Notes under the pieces: model-generated | Told to the model about the DNA's origin: nothing | What the model saw: only the letters and a program-made list of their open reading frames with translations | Databases searched by the model: none | In this document: piece by piece, positions 55,775 to 64,000 of the stretch | How positions within the stretch are numbered: position 1 is the stretch's first letter | How the letters are laid out: each line of letters begins with the position of its first letter | Assembly: GCA_016188045.1 (NCBI GenBank) | Contig: JACPIM010000002.1 | Location: 17,198 to 81,197, forward strand | Source: Candidatus Woesearchaeota archaeon | GTDB taxonomy: Archaea > Nanobdellota > Nanobdellia > SCGC-AAA011-G17 > JACPIM01 | Direction: 5' to 3' | DNA length: 64,000 bases | Program-made: the position numbers and the translations under genes

Positions 55775-56428
55775 TTAACATCTAACTCCCAGACTCATTA
55801 AGTCTTGTTTTAATTTATTAGCATCTAAATCATTTTTAGTATCATACACAATACCATGCATTCCTAATTCATTTGCAACAGCAGCATATTTTGCCTTATC
55901 ATCAATATACGCACAATTCCCAGCTTTAGAACCAGATCTCCGCAAAGCTTCTCTGTAGATCAAATGGTTTGGTTTCATTACACCGACCCCATAGGAAGTA
56001 ACAATTCCACCTTGTTCAAATTTACTTAATGTTTTTGGCATTAATCTCCATGCTTGTTGCATGTTTAAGGGATCTGTATTCGATACTGCCAGCAATTTAT
56101 ACCTACCATATAAACTATTAATTAAATCACAAACTGGTTTATTTGGTCCTAATATTAAACTATTCCATAAATTTGCAAATTCAAAAAAAGACAAGGCATT
56201 TTGACTTATGCCTAAAGCTTCACAACTTCTTTCATAATACCCCAAAGAACTTATCTTACCAGTATTATGTAATCTGTCTGGTCCAAGACTTTCTGGTGTG
56301 TCATCAAAAATTTTTGCTACTCCTTCTTTACTTCTCGAACTTAACTTAGCAAACCATTCATAAACAGGATCCATACTAAAAAAATAACAAACATCTCCAA
56401 GATCAAACATAATTGTTTCTATTGCCAT
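55775..56428 (-). CDS. HAD-superfamily phosphatase, YihX-like (subfamily IA variant)
   Basis: N-terminal IMFDLGDVCYFF (compare E. coli YihX IFDLGNVIVDID) and a C-terminal YIDDK motif. Paralog of 57446..58120; both end ..LGVRC. Confidence 0.6.
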   Translation of the reverse strand: MAIETIMFDLGDVCYFFSMDPVYEWFAKLSSRSKEGVAKIFDDTPESLGPDRLHNTGKISSLGYYERSCEALGISQNALSFFEFANLWNSLILGPNKPVCDLINSLYGRYKLLAVSNTDPLNMQQAWRLMPKTLSKFEQGGIVTSYGVGVMKPNHLIYREALRRSGSKAGNCAYIDDKAKYAAVANELGMHGIVYDTKNDLDANKLKQDLMSLGVRC

Positions 56429-56484
56429 TATATTTAACTCTAACTTTGATATCTTTGCGGCATAGTTTCTTTAATAACTTCTAT

Positions 56485-57444
56485 TTATTCTACTAATTCT
56501 GGATGCCTTATAGCATAAGACCACAACAAGTGTCTTGAGATTGGCATTAAATTGTTTCCTTGCACTTCAACAAAACCTGCTAAATCTTCTAATCTAACAG
56601 TGCTTGAACCTGTGTATTTGCTACCCTTATGGAACTGTCCAAAATCTTCCACTTTACATGGCAACTTAATGTGTATAGTATGGCCAACACCGGCACCAAA
56701 ATGAGGTGCTGATATAAAGAACGCCCCAAGTGATTCTAGTTTTGCACTTTCTATTATATCATCAGGCAAATTTGATTGTTCTGCGAGTTGTTTTTTGATT
56801 AAGGTTTCTAAAGGTGATCTATTTGCCATATCATCACCAGATAGTTCACTTAAACCTTCTGTATAAAAATATCCTTTAGGATAGAATTCTCTTTCAATCT
56901 CTTGGTCTGTATGCTGAATACCCTTGCTTCTGTCTCCCAATAAAACATACCTTTTTGATTCATCATCAGTCAATATTACAAAAGAAGAGGGTCCAAAAGA
57001 CCAAACAACAGTTACCGGATTAATTTTGTGTACTGTAGTCTGCTCTACAAAATTTGTTTGTCCCAAATATATTATGGCTTGGTATTTTCTAGAATCCATG
57101 AAACTAACACTATGGCTTTCGTACTTCATCATAGGTCTGCTGAATCTTACCGGTTTGCTAGTCTCTACATTGTACAATGCAAGAGATGGGCTACTTCCAT
57201 CATGAGGTCTAATTTCTGTTTTAATACCTTTTTCTGCAAGTTCTGCTTTTGCTTTTTCCAAATCAAGATTCCATTGAGCTTCAACTTTTTTAGAAATTTC
57301 TTCATTTATTCTGGATTTGGGATCATACCTGAGGCTTATTGATCCTGTGAACACAGGAGGCACCATGGTATGAACTAAATAAGGCTCATCTGCCATCTGC
57401 ATACTACAAAGAGCCACTAACTTATCATAATCTGCCTTTCTCAT
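56485..57444 (-). CDS. hypothetical protein (GC-richer block)
   Basis: 319 aa with no recognisable motif. Its start abuts the stop of the upstream HAD paralog by 1 nt. Confidence 0.4.
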   Translation of the reverse strand: MRKADYDKLVALCSMQMADEPYLVHTMVPPVFTGSISLRYDPKSRINEEISKKVEAQWNLDLEKAKAELAEKGIKTEIRPHDGSSPSLALYNVETSKPVRFSRPMMKYESHSVSFMDSRKYQAIIYLGQTNFVEQTTVHKINPVTVVWSFGPSSFVILTDDESKRYVLLGDRSKGIQHTDQEIEREFYPKGYFYTEGLSELSGDDMANRSPLETLIKKQLAEQSNLPDDIIESAKLESLGAFFISAPHFGAGVGHTIHIKLPCKVEDFGQFHKGSKYTGSSTVRLEDLAGFVEVQGNNLMPISRHLLWSYAIRHPELVE

Positions 57445-57445
57445 T

Positions 57446-58120
57446 TTAACATCTAACTCCCAATTTTCTTAAATCATTTATCAATAATTCATCTCTTTTA
57501 TCTTCATTATCCCAATCATAATGTACACCACGCATTCCTAATATTATGGCTGGTTTAACATACTTTAGTCTATCATCTACATAAACACATTCATCAGATT
57601 GAGCATTTGCAACTGCTATTGCTTCCAAATAATTTTTTTCATTTGGTTTCATACTGCCAACTTTATATGATGTAACAATTCTACCTTTAAATAATCTCAT
57701 AGTAGCAGGAATAATATTCATAATCTGCTTCATTTGTATTGGGTTAGTATCACTTAATGAAACCAACTGATAACCCCTGCTATCTAATCGTTGTGCTAAA
57801 CCACATACCGGTTTATTTTCAGTAAAAATATCACCCCAAGCCCTAGCAAATTCATCAAAACTCATATTTTTTAATTTTAATCTTTCACACATCCACTTAT
57901 AAAATTCTTCATCACTAATAACATTAGTATTATACCTAGCTAATGTATCCGTTTTTTTAGAAGTACCGTATTTTAACACTTCTTTATCAGAAGTTTCATA
58001 AACAATTCCTTCCATTTGAGAAGCAGGAACATCAGTAAACCTAGCAAATCCATTCCAAGCCCTATTAAGGTCAAAATCAACCAAGACTTTGCCTAAATCA
58101 AAAATAACTGTTTTTATCAT
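57446..58120 (-). CDS. HAD-superfamily phosphatase, YihX-like (paralog 2)
   Basis: MIKTVIFDLGKVLVDFD and YVDDR motifs. The C-terminal LRKLGVRC tail is shared with 55775..56428. Confidence 0.6.
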   Translation of the reverse strand: MIKTVIFDLGKVLVDFDLNRAWNGFARFTDVPASQMEGIVYETSDKEVLKYGTSKKTDTLARYNTNVISDEEFYKWMCERLKLKNMSFDEFARAWGDIFTENKPVCGLAQRLDSRGYQLVSLSDTNPIQMKQIMNIIPATMRLFKGRIVTSYKVGSMKPNEKNYLEAIAVANAQSDECVYVDDRLKYVKPAIILGMRGVHYDWDNEDKRDELLINDLRKLGVRC

Positions 58121-58155
58121 GACAAAACCAATAAGAAAGCCATTTTTAAATGTTT

Positions 58156-59232
58156 CTACTGTCTAAAAGTAAATTTTTCACTACCTTCAGTAATATCAAC
58201 CATTTCAACAACTAAACCTCTTTTTTCTAAAGCAGTTTTAGCTTCTTCAAAAATACCGTGATTATTATTTCTCAAGTAGGAAAGTATACCCCCAATAGTG
58301 TCATCAACAAGACCAGTTTTACTGTAATCATCTTCACTTATCAGAGGAGCAAACTTAACTCCTCTTTTATCCACAAGTGGTTTTCCATCAAATAACAAAT
58401 GGATTCTATCTAAAGGTAAGAAGAAAACAGAATCGTGCTCTAAGTGAACACGATCATATTTTTTAGCTCTTTTCATAGTTGCTAATAATTCATCTCGCGT
58501 TAAATCACCAAACCTATATACCCAAGTTAAACTAGGCAGATAAGAATTATATAAACCTCTAACTAATCCAGTAAGTTGCAATCTTTTAACATCAATCTCA
58601 GAAGGGTTTAATCCGCTTTCTTCACTTAATTCAGCAATTGCTTGTTTAGTAAAATCAGTAATCTCAACTTTTCTTCCATCAATCTCATTAACACTAGAAA
58701 TAAAACCAGAAAAAACATTATATCTTCCAGGACCCTCACTTAATTGCCTGGATCTTCTCAATAAAACAATTTCATCATCTTTAGTTACTCCTAAAATATT
58801 CTGTGTTAGCCCAAAATAAAAATTAGCCAAATATAATGTTCTATTTTGTTCTATCACCTTTCTAAGGCCAGTAAATTTACCATCATTTAAAATCTTTAAT
58901 GAGTTAGCTCTATTTCTAACTAGAGATAAAAAAGCCAGTGCCTCTATTGAATTACTATCCCCAACTTCATAAACTACTTTTCCATCAACTATATTAAGGG
59001 AATGCAAAGTTGGTATGCTAGAACTATACCAATGAAAATTTAATTCATTATTTCTCTTTGCAAATTCTCTAAATTCTTCAGCTAATTTTTTATCATCAAA
59101 TATTCTTGTTTCTACTTTTCTAACAGAAATATCATCTTTTCCTTTGATACCATGACTTAAAATCTGAATTTTTCTTTCCATATTATGTGTAAATTCATTA
59201 ACCAATAACATAATAAGCGCTTTGTTTTCCAT
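58156..59232 (-). CDS. hypothetical protein, possibly degenerate Nudix-fold
   Basis: 358 aa. GFISSVNE...QAIAELSEESGL resembles a Nudix box with altered spacing and R-to-A substitution. Confidence 0.4.
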   Translation of the reverse strand: MENKALIMLLVNEFTHNMERKIQILSHGIKGKDDISVRKVETRIFDDKKLAEEFREFAKRNNELNFHWYSSSIPTLHSLNIVDGKVVYEVGDSNSIEALAFLSLVRNRANSLKILNDGKFTGLRKVIEQNRTLYLANFYFGLTQNILGVTKDDEIVLLRRSRQLSEGPGRYNVFSGFISSVNEIDGRKVEITDFTKQAIAELSEESGLNPSEIDVKRLQLTGLVRGLYNSYLPSLTWVYRFGDLTRDELLATMKRAKKYDRVHLEHDSVFFLPLDRIHLLFDGKPLVDKRGVKFAPLISEDDYSKTGLVDDTIGGILSYLRNNNHGIFEEAKTALEKRGLVVEMVDITEGSEKFTFRQ

Positions 59233-59309
59233 TCAAAATATTAATACTATCTCTTGGTGGTAAAAATAGTAAACTTTATAAACCATTTTTAAACATATTT
59301 CCCTATAAA

Positions 59310-60887
59310 ATGGCAAATAACAGAACAATAAGAGAAGAAACCTTAGTAAATTGGCAATCTATTTTTAATGGCGATTATTCACAAGTATTAAGGGGAAGAA
59401 TAGAAGAAACTGGTTCAGCCAGACAAGAAACTAATGATAAAGAAGATTTCGATGACGATCTGGACTTGGCCATAGTTTCAACTAGACAAAAAACAAGAGA
59501 TAATGGCTACGACTTAAAAAAAGAACAAGAAGGTAGGAAAAGCGATCTTAATCTTTCTGATATAACTTGGGAATTGCAAAAAGCATCAAGAGAACTAAAA
59601 GGCATTCATGAATATTTCAGTGGTGTTTTTGCCAGAGACATATTTATGTTTCCATTTGTAGATTTAAAATGGATAGCTCAGATGCATGATTCAGTAGAAG
59701 AGTTAAAAATCAGACCACAATTAGTGCATAAGATAGATAGTGGACTTAATGGTCTATCAGATAGACTTAATTATTTAAAAGAATTGTATCATCAACACGA
59801 AATAGATTTTTTAGAGTTTGAAAGAGAAGGCTTAGAGGCTTTTTCAATTTTAGGTAAGCCATTAGATAGAGCAAGAACTAGGTTGCTAAGAGATTTAGGA
59901 GACATTTTACAATCTCAACATTGGCCAGAATCCCCAATAGGAGATTATCTAAAAATAGTCACATCTAAATCTGCGAAAGTAAGGGCAAATAGCCGAGGAT
60001 TTGAATTGTTTTCAGAGAATGATGAAATAAAACCAGAAATAGCAAATAGTAGATTTTTTACCCCAACAACAGCACTAGTTCAAAACTGTATGGAACAAAG
60101 TTCTCAAAGAGGAAGGGCATATTTATTGTTGAATACAGCACTTAATCTTGTAACGTATTTATCCTCATTGGCTTTATGGGCCAGAGAACGCGGGTTTACA
60201 AGACCCCAATTTAATGATAATGATTCGGTAGATATAAAAAATGGTTATCATCCACTATTAAAATCAGAAGACAGAAAGGTTAAAAGAGAACCAGTAACAC
60301 ACGATACTCGTTTAAACAGCGGAAATAACTTGCTAATTGTAACAGGACCAAATGCAGCAGGCAAAACAACATATTTAAAAGAATTAGCTCTAATTTCAAT
60401 TTTAGCTCAAGCAGGCGGTTTTGTTCCAGCAGATTATGCAAACTTACCTATATATAGAAGATTTTTAACTCACTTTTCTGCAAGCGAGGATTTAATGTCT
60501 GATCTATCATTATTCCAAGCAGAAATTACTCAATTAAATGGTAGATTGAACAGATTAGAAGAAAGAACCTTGTTTATTTGTGATGAGTTATTTAGAGGAA
60601 CAGAATCTGGTGAAAATGGCGGCGCAAAGCTACATTCAGCCCTAGTAGAGGCTTTATCTTATGATTTCCCAGGACGAACACTATTGTCTACACATTATCA
60701 TGAAGCCCTAGCAAAACAGAGAAATTTACGAAATGCAGTATTTGTTAAAGTTAATACTGATAAAGCAGGAACGCCATCATATACCATTAGTAGGGGAATA
60801 GACAGTGGTGGCTATGCAGTTCAAGCAGCAATAAGAATGGGCTTATCGGATAAAATTTCAAAAAGATTAACAAATGGTGGAGAATAA
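59310..60887 (+). CDS. MutS-family ATPase lacking the mismatch-binding domain (MutS core + domain V only)
   Basis: LIVTGPNAAGKTTYLKELALISILAQAGGFVPA (Walker A of MutS domain V), LFICDELFRGTES (Walker B/DE), TLLSTHYHEAL (ST-H motif), preceded by SLALWARERGFTRPQF...GYHPLL (MutS lever/clamp junction). No N-terminal mismatch-recognition domain and no Smr domain. Confidence 0.7.
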   Translation: MANNRTIREETLVNWQSIFNGDYSQVLRGRIEETGSARQETNDKEDFDDDLDLAIVSTRQKTRDNGYDLKKEQEGRKSDLNLSDITWELQKASRELKGIHEYFSGVFARDIFMFPFVDLKWIAQMHDSVEELKIRPQLVHKIDSGLNGLSDRLNYLKELYHQHEIDFLEFEREGLEAFSILGKPLDRARTRLLRDLGDILQSQHWPESPIGDYLKIVTSKSAKVRANSRGFELFSENDEIKPEIANSRFFTPTTALVQNCMEQSSQRGRAYLLLNTALNLVTYLSSLALWARERGFTRPQFNDNDSVDIKNGYHPLLKSEDRKVKREPVTHDTRLNSGNNLLIVTGPNAAGKTTYLKELALISILAQAGGFVPADYANLPIYRRFLTHFSASEDLMSDLSLFQAEITQLNGRLNRLEERTLFICDELFRGTESGENGGAKLHSALVEALSYDFPGRTLLSTHYHEALAKQRNLRNAVFVKVNTDKAGTPSYTISRGIDSGGYAVQAAIRMGLSDKISKRLTNGGE

Positions 60888-60889
60888 AA

Positions 60890-61423
60890 ATGGAAAAACC
60901 GCATGATTGTGAAATGTGTCAAGGAGATGGTTACTTTGATGATTTTCAAGCTGGTTTGTATCCCATGCCTTGTCCAAATTGCGCCGGAATAGGCATTAGT
61001 GGGGCAGTTTCAGAAGATGTAAAATTAAAAATAGCGCAATTAAAAGAAAAAGCTTACAACAACATATCTGCTCAAACACAAAGATTAGAAATTGCTGGAC
61101 AACTTCTAAGGGCGGGCGTCCTATCTGGTATATATCTCTTAGAAGGCAATGCCTCTAAAGCAAGAGATAGTAAAAAATTAGCAGATAACTTAGTAAAAAG
61201 ATTGCAATCATTTCCACAGGACTATATATCGGTGGAATCTGAAGTTATAAAAGAAACATGGGAGCAAGTTGTTGATTTAGTTGATGATAAATATAAATCA
61301 AGAGCAGAACAAAACAAAAAAAGGATAGTTGATAAAACATTAAGAGAAATTGTAGCAATAGAATTACAAAGTAAAAAAGCCAGAAGTATGGGCTTTGGAT
61401 ATCCCGCATTTAAAATAAATTAA
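60890..61423 (+). CDS. DnaJ-type (CR) zinc-finger protein
   Basis: CEMCQGDGY and CPNCAGIGI are two C-x2-C-x-G-x-G units, followed by a helical charged domain. Starts 3 nt after the MutS-like stop. Confidence 0.5.
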   Translation: MEKPHDCEMCQGDGYFDDFQAGLYPMPCPNCAGIGISGAVSEDVKLKIAQLKEKAYNNISAQTQRLEIAGQLLRAGVLSGIYLLEGNASKARDSKKLADNLVKRLQSFPQDYISVESEVIKETWEQVVDLVDDKYKSRAEQNKKRIVDKTLREIVAIELQSKKARSMGFGYPAFKIN

Positions 61424-61445
61424 AATATTCTTTTTAAAATAAAAA

Positions 61446-62339
61446 ATGGCTCTATTTTATCAAGGACCAAAAACATTAGAAAGACCGATTATAGCAGTTT
61501 ATGAGGTCTCTAGCAAACACCTCTCAAGAGATACAGATTTAGAAGTGATAGTTGGAGAAATTGAAAAAATTGAAATCATCCAAGGAAAACTAAGTATTAA
61601 AGGAGACCAAGAAGCAAATTCTTTAATAGATAAGGCCCATAGAAAAGCAATTCAACCAAACGGGGTAATCTCTAGTTTAGAAGATTTTAAGGAATTACAA
61701 AGAATTTGTCAAGAACTAACCTTACAAGCATTTAATAGAACGGGAGCAGGAGGCGGGCATAATCCACCAATGGATTTTGTATACATACCACCAAGTGAAG
61801 CTTTAAATTGTGAAGTTTTCTTTCCAATGAACACTCAAAACCTTATAGCGCGCGCTAATCCACACTTACTTGAAAACCATTATAAAGCATTAAAATTTCC
61901 ATTTATCTTTGCACATGAATTAGTTCACTGGGATCTAGCAGGAACAAGATTTTATGCTGCTGCAAGAAAAGCTTTCTTGGAATTAGAACCAGTTTACGAT
62001 AAAAAAGTACACGGAAAATATCCAGCACCAACCGAAGATGCCTCTCATTTGTTTAAAAGACCAGGATCAGAAAGTATTGGAAGATTGCAAATACAAGAAT
62101 TACAATTAGGACTTAGGGAATTTGGAGAAGCAATAGCGGATTTAATCTCAAAAAAAGTATTTCCCCCGTCACCATTTGTAGAATTAATAGACTCTCAATT
62201 ATCAACAAGACCTAAAAGAATCGAAGAAATACAAAAAAGATTAAATTCATTTCAAAGTCCTAAAGAACTTTTAGTATATGCAAAACAGAAAATTGATGAA
62301 TCATATGATAGAAATAAACCAATCACAGAATTAATTTAA
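61446..62339 (+). CDS. putative HExxH zinc-metallopeptidase-like protein
   Basis: FIFAHELVHWDLAG contains HExxH. 297 aa with no other recognisable motif. Confidence 0.4.
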   Translation: MALFYQGPKTLERPIIAVYEVSSKHLSRDTDLEVIVGEIEKIEIIQGKLSIKGDQEANSLIDKAHRKAIQPNGVISSLEDFKELQRICQELTLQAFNRTGAGGGHNPPMDFVYIPPSEALNCEVFFPMNTQNLIARANPHLLENHYKALKFPFIFAHELVHWDLAGTRFYAAARKAFLELEPVYDKKVHGKYPAPTEDASHLFKRPGSESIGRLQIQELQLGLREFGEAIADLISKKVFPPSPFVELIDSQLSTRPKRIEEIQKRLNSFQSPKELLVYAKQKIDESYDRNKPITELI

Positions 62340-63196
62340 TTCTTCTTATAAATCTCTAACCACTTACCAGAATTATCTTTAGGCCCCCACATATGAACTT
62401 TCTCAACTACTTGAAATCCTCTATTTTTAACAACATCTTCAAATATTTCCTCATATTTCTCATTTTTTTTCAAAGCTAGAGAATAATTTCCTATAAATCT
62501 TCTAGTAATCAACAATAAACCATTTTTATTTAAGCTTTCATGGAAATGCTCCAAAGTTTTTTCAATATCAGGAACATGCTGTAAAACTTCAAAACAAGTT
62601 ATAGCATCATATTTGTCTTTTAAGGGAGTTTCATTTTTTATTTCAATAGTTTTAACATTTAAACCATATTTCTTAAATTTCCATTTAGTGAACTCAAACG
62701 TTTTCCCTTCTATATCGACAGCAGTCATATTTAATCCATTCAAAGCACCAACAATACTAACTGGTCCCACACCGCAACCATAATCAACAACAGTTTTAAC
62801 ATTATTCTTCAAGCAATATCCAATAACAAATCTGCTTAACCACTGTTTATCTTCACTAGATGCAACTATTGTTAATTCAGGCATGTAATTCTCAGTTTGA
62901 GCATAAAATCCCATAACTTCATTAATATCCTCTTGATCAATTTTCATGCAATTCCATTCATCTTCTGTTACTTTAACATATTTTCCAAAGCCGCCAAATT
63001 TACTAGAAACTTTTTCTAAATATTCTTTAAATTCATTATAGGGTTTTCCTAGATATTCAGCTAATTCTTTTAAGCTACCATCTAAATCTAATTTAGGTGC
63101 TTTTACATTAATCTCTTTACCACTTATATTAACCTTAAAATCAGTGACCATACCCATACCAAAAGTCCAATAAGTTATATTTATAAAGGTTTTCAA
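62336..63196 (-). CDS. class I SAM-dependent methyltransferase
   Basis: VVDYGCGVGPVSI (motif I) and AITCFEVLQHVPD. Confidence 0.7.
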   Translation of the reverse strand: MKTFINITYWTFGMGMVTDFKVNISGKEINVKAPKLDLDGSLKELAEYLGKPYNEFKEYLEKVSSKFGGFGKYVKVTEDEWNCMKIDQEDINEVMGFYAQTENYMPELTIVASSEDKQWLSRFVIGYCLKNNVKTVVDYGCGVGPVSIVGALNGLNMTAVDIEGKTFEFTKWKFKKYGLNVKTIEIKNETPLKDKYDAITCFEVLQHVPDIEKTLEHFHESLNKNGLLLITRRFIGNYSLALKKNEKYEEIFEDVVKNRGFQVVEKVHMWGPKDNSGKWLEIYKKN

Positions 63197-63244
63197 ATAA
63201 ATCTAGATATATTTGTTAAGAAATTAAAAAGTTAGGAGTTGTCT

Positions 63245-64000
63245 ATGGAAGAAAAAAAACCCAAATTAATAACTTCCGTAAGTAACGAGCAAAGGAAAAT
63301 ACCACCAAAAGAAAATTTTAGTAGTAAAGCACATATTAAAAGTGAAGAAGAATACAATAAGATTTATCAAGAATCAATAAAAACTCCTGAAAAATTCTGG
63401 GCTGAAAAAGCAAAACAACTTCACTGGTTTAAAAAATGGGACACAATTTTTACATGGGATCCTAAAAATATAAAGGCAACTTGGTTTAAAGGCGGTAAAA
63501 TAAATGTTTCTTACAATTGTCTTGATGCAAATTTAAAAAAAATAGGAAATAAAATAGCATTGATATGGCAAGGCGAGCCAGAAAACGATGTCATAAAAAT
63601 TACTTACAAAGAATTATATAATGAAGTTTGCAAATTCTCAAATGTTCTCAAGAAAAAAGGAATAAAAAAAGGAGATAGGGTTTGTATCTATATGCCAATG
63701 ATACCAGAGCTAGCAATAGCTATGTTAGCATGTACAAGAATAGGAGCAATCCATAATATTGTTTTTGGTGGTTTTAGTGCTACTTCTCTTAAAGACAGAA
63801 TTTTAGACTCACAATGTAAATTATTGATTACAGCAGATGGTGGTTTTAGAAATGGAAAAATAATTCCTTTAAAATCAATAGCAGACGAAGCAATTAGTCA
63901 ATGTGATTGTATAGAATCAGTTATCGTTGCAAAAAGAACAAAACAAGAAATTAAAATGGAAAAAGGAAGAGATACATATTGGGATGAAGAAATGAACTTA
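63245..64000 (+). CDS. acs: acetyl-CoA synthetase (AMP-forming), N-terminal 252 codons, truncated by the window end
   Basis: FWAEKAKQLHWFKKW, WFKGGKINVSYNCLD and ITYKELYNEVCKF...RVCIYMPMIPELAIAMLACTRIGAIHNIVFGGFS are collinear with Acs N-terminal regions. No stop within the window, so it is absent from the ORF table. Confidence 0.88.
   Translation, partial: MEEKKPKLITSVSNEQRKIPPKENFSSKAHIKSEEEYNKIYQESIKTPEKFWAEKAKQLHWFKKWDTIFTWDPKNIKATWFKGGKINVSYNCLDANLKKIGNKIALIWQGEPENDVIKITYKELYNEVCKFSNVLKKKGIKKGDRVCIYMPMIPELAIAMLACTRIGAIHNIVFGGFSATSLKDRILDSQCKLLITADGGFRNGKIIPLKSIADEAISQCDCIESVIVAKRTKQEIKMEKGRDTYWDEEMNL

Noticed and set aside
1-64000. tRNA, rRNA and CRISPR arrays
   Set aside because: All intergenic gaps longer than 60 nt were read on both strands. 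None shows a cloverleaf-compatible arrangement (GTTC-like T-arm / acceptor complementarity). The only tandem short repeats (48700-48730, 43995-44045) have 2-3 units and no spacer structure, so no RNA gene or CRISPR array is called.

Overview
AT-rich (roughly 30% GC by eye) archaeal chromosome segment with tightly packed genes that often overlap by 4-50 nt. Form III RuBisCO, a ribose-1,5-bisphosphate isomerase and an AMP phosphorylase N-terminal fragment at the window edge (the archaeal AMP salvage pathway), together with leaderless-looking TATA-to-ATG spacing, suggest a small-genome DPANN-type archaeon; this is inference. Most of 5-43 kb is one very large cell-surface glycan / protein-glycosylation island. 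It encodes an AglH/Alg7-like GlcNAc-1-P transferase, a Wzx-like flippase, at least three GT-C membrane transferases, about ten GT2/GT4 enzymes, six class I SAM methyltransferases, a sugar C-methyltransferase, two radical SAM enzymes (SPASM and B12-binding), UDP-GlcNAc 4,6-dehydratase, a PIG-L deacetylase and an RmlA-like nucleotidyltransferase. Embedded at 21.4-22.45 kb is a diversity-generating-retroelement-like variable repeat / template repeat pair with an adenine-specific mismatch pattern, but no reverse transcriptase is recognisable in the window. The segment 44-50 kb is a defence/mobile island: an MmeI-like single-chain Type IIG RM enzyme, an unknown 356-aa partner, an unannotated 40-aa RHH gene and an IS6-family transposase with N-terminal zinc fingers. 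The segment 55-62.3 kb is a GC-richer block with a Nudix + duplicated [unknown + YihX-like HAD] module and a three-gene operon of a MutS-like ATPase lacking the mismatch-binding domain, a DnaJ-type zinc-finger protein and an HExxH protein. Other notable items are a tandem array of five paralogous membrane-anchored small proteins (2.7-5.0 kb), a Cys-rich secreted protein and a HAD phosphatase inserted inside the RuBisCO operon, a VapBC pair, and a ~30-nt palindromic motif repeated 37 kb apart. No tRNA, rRNA or CRISPR array was recognised. The window ends inside acetyl-CoA synthetase.
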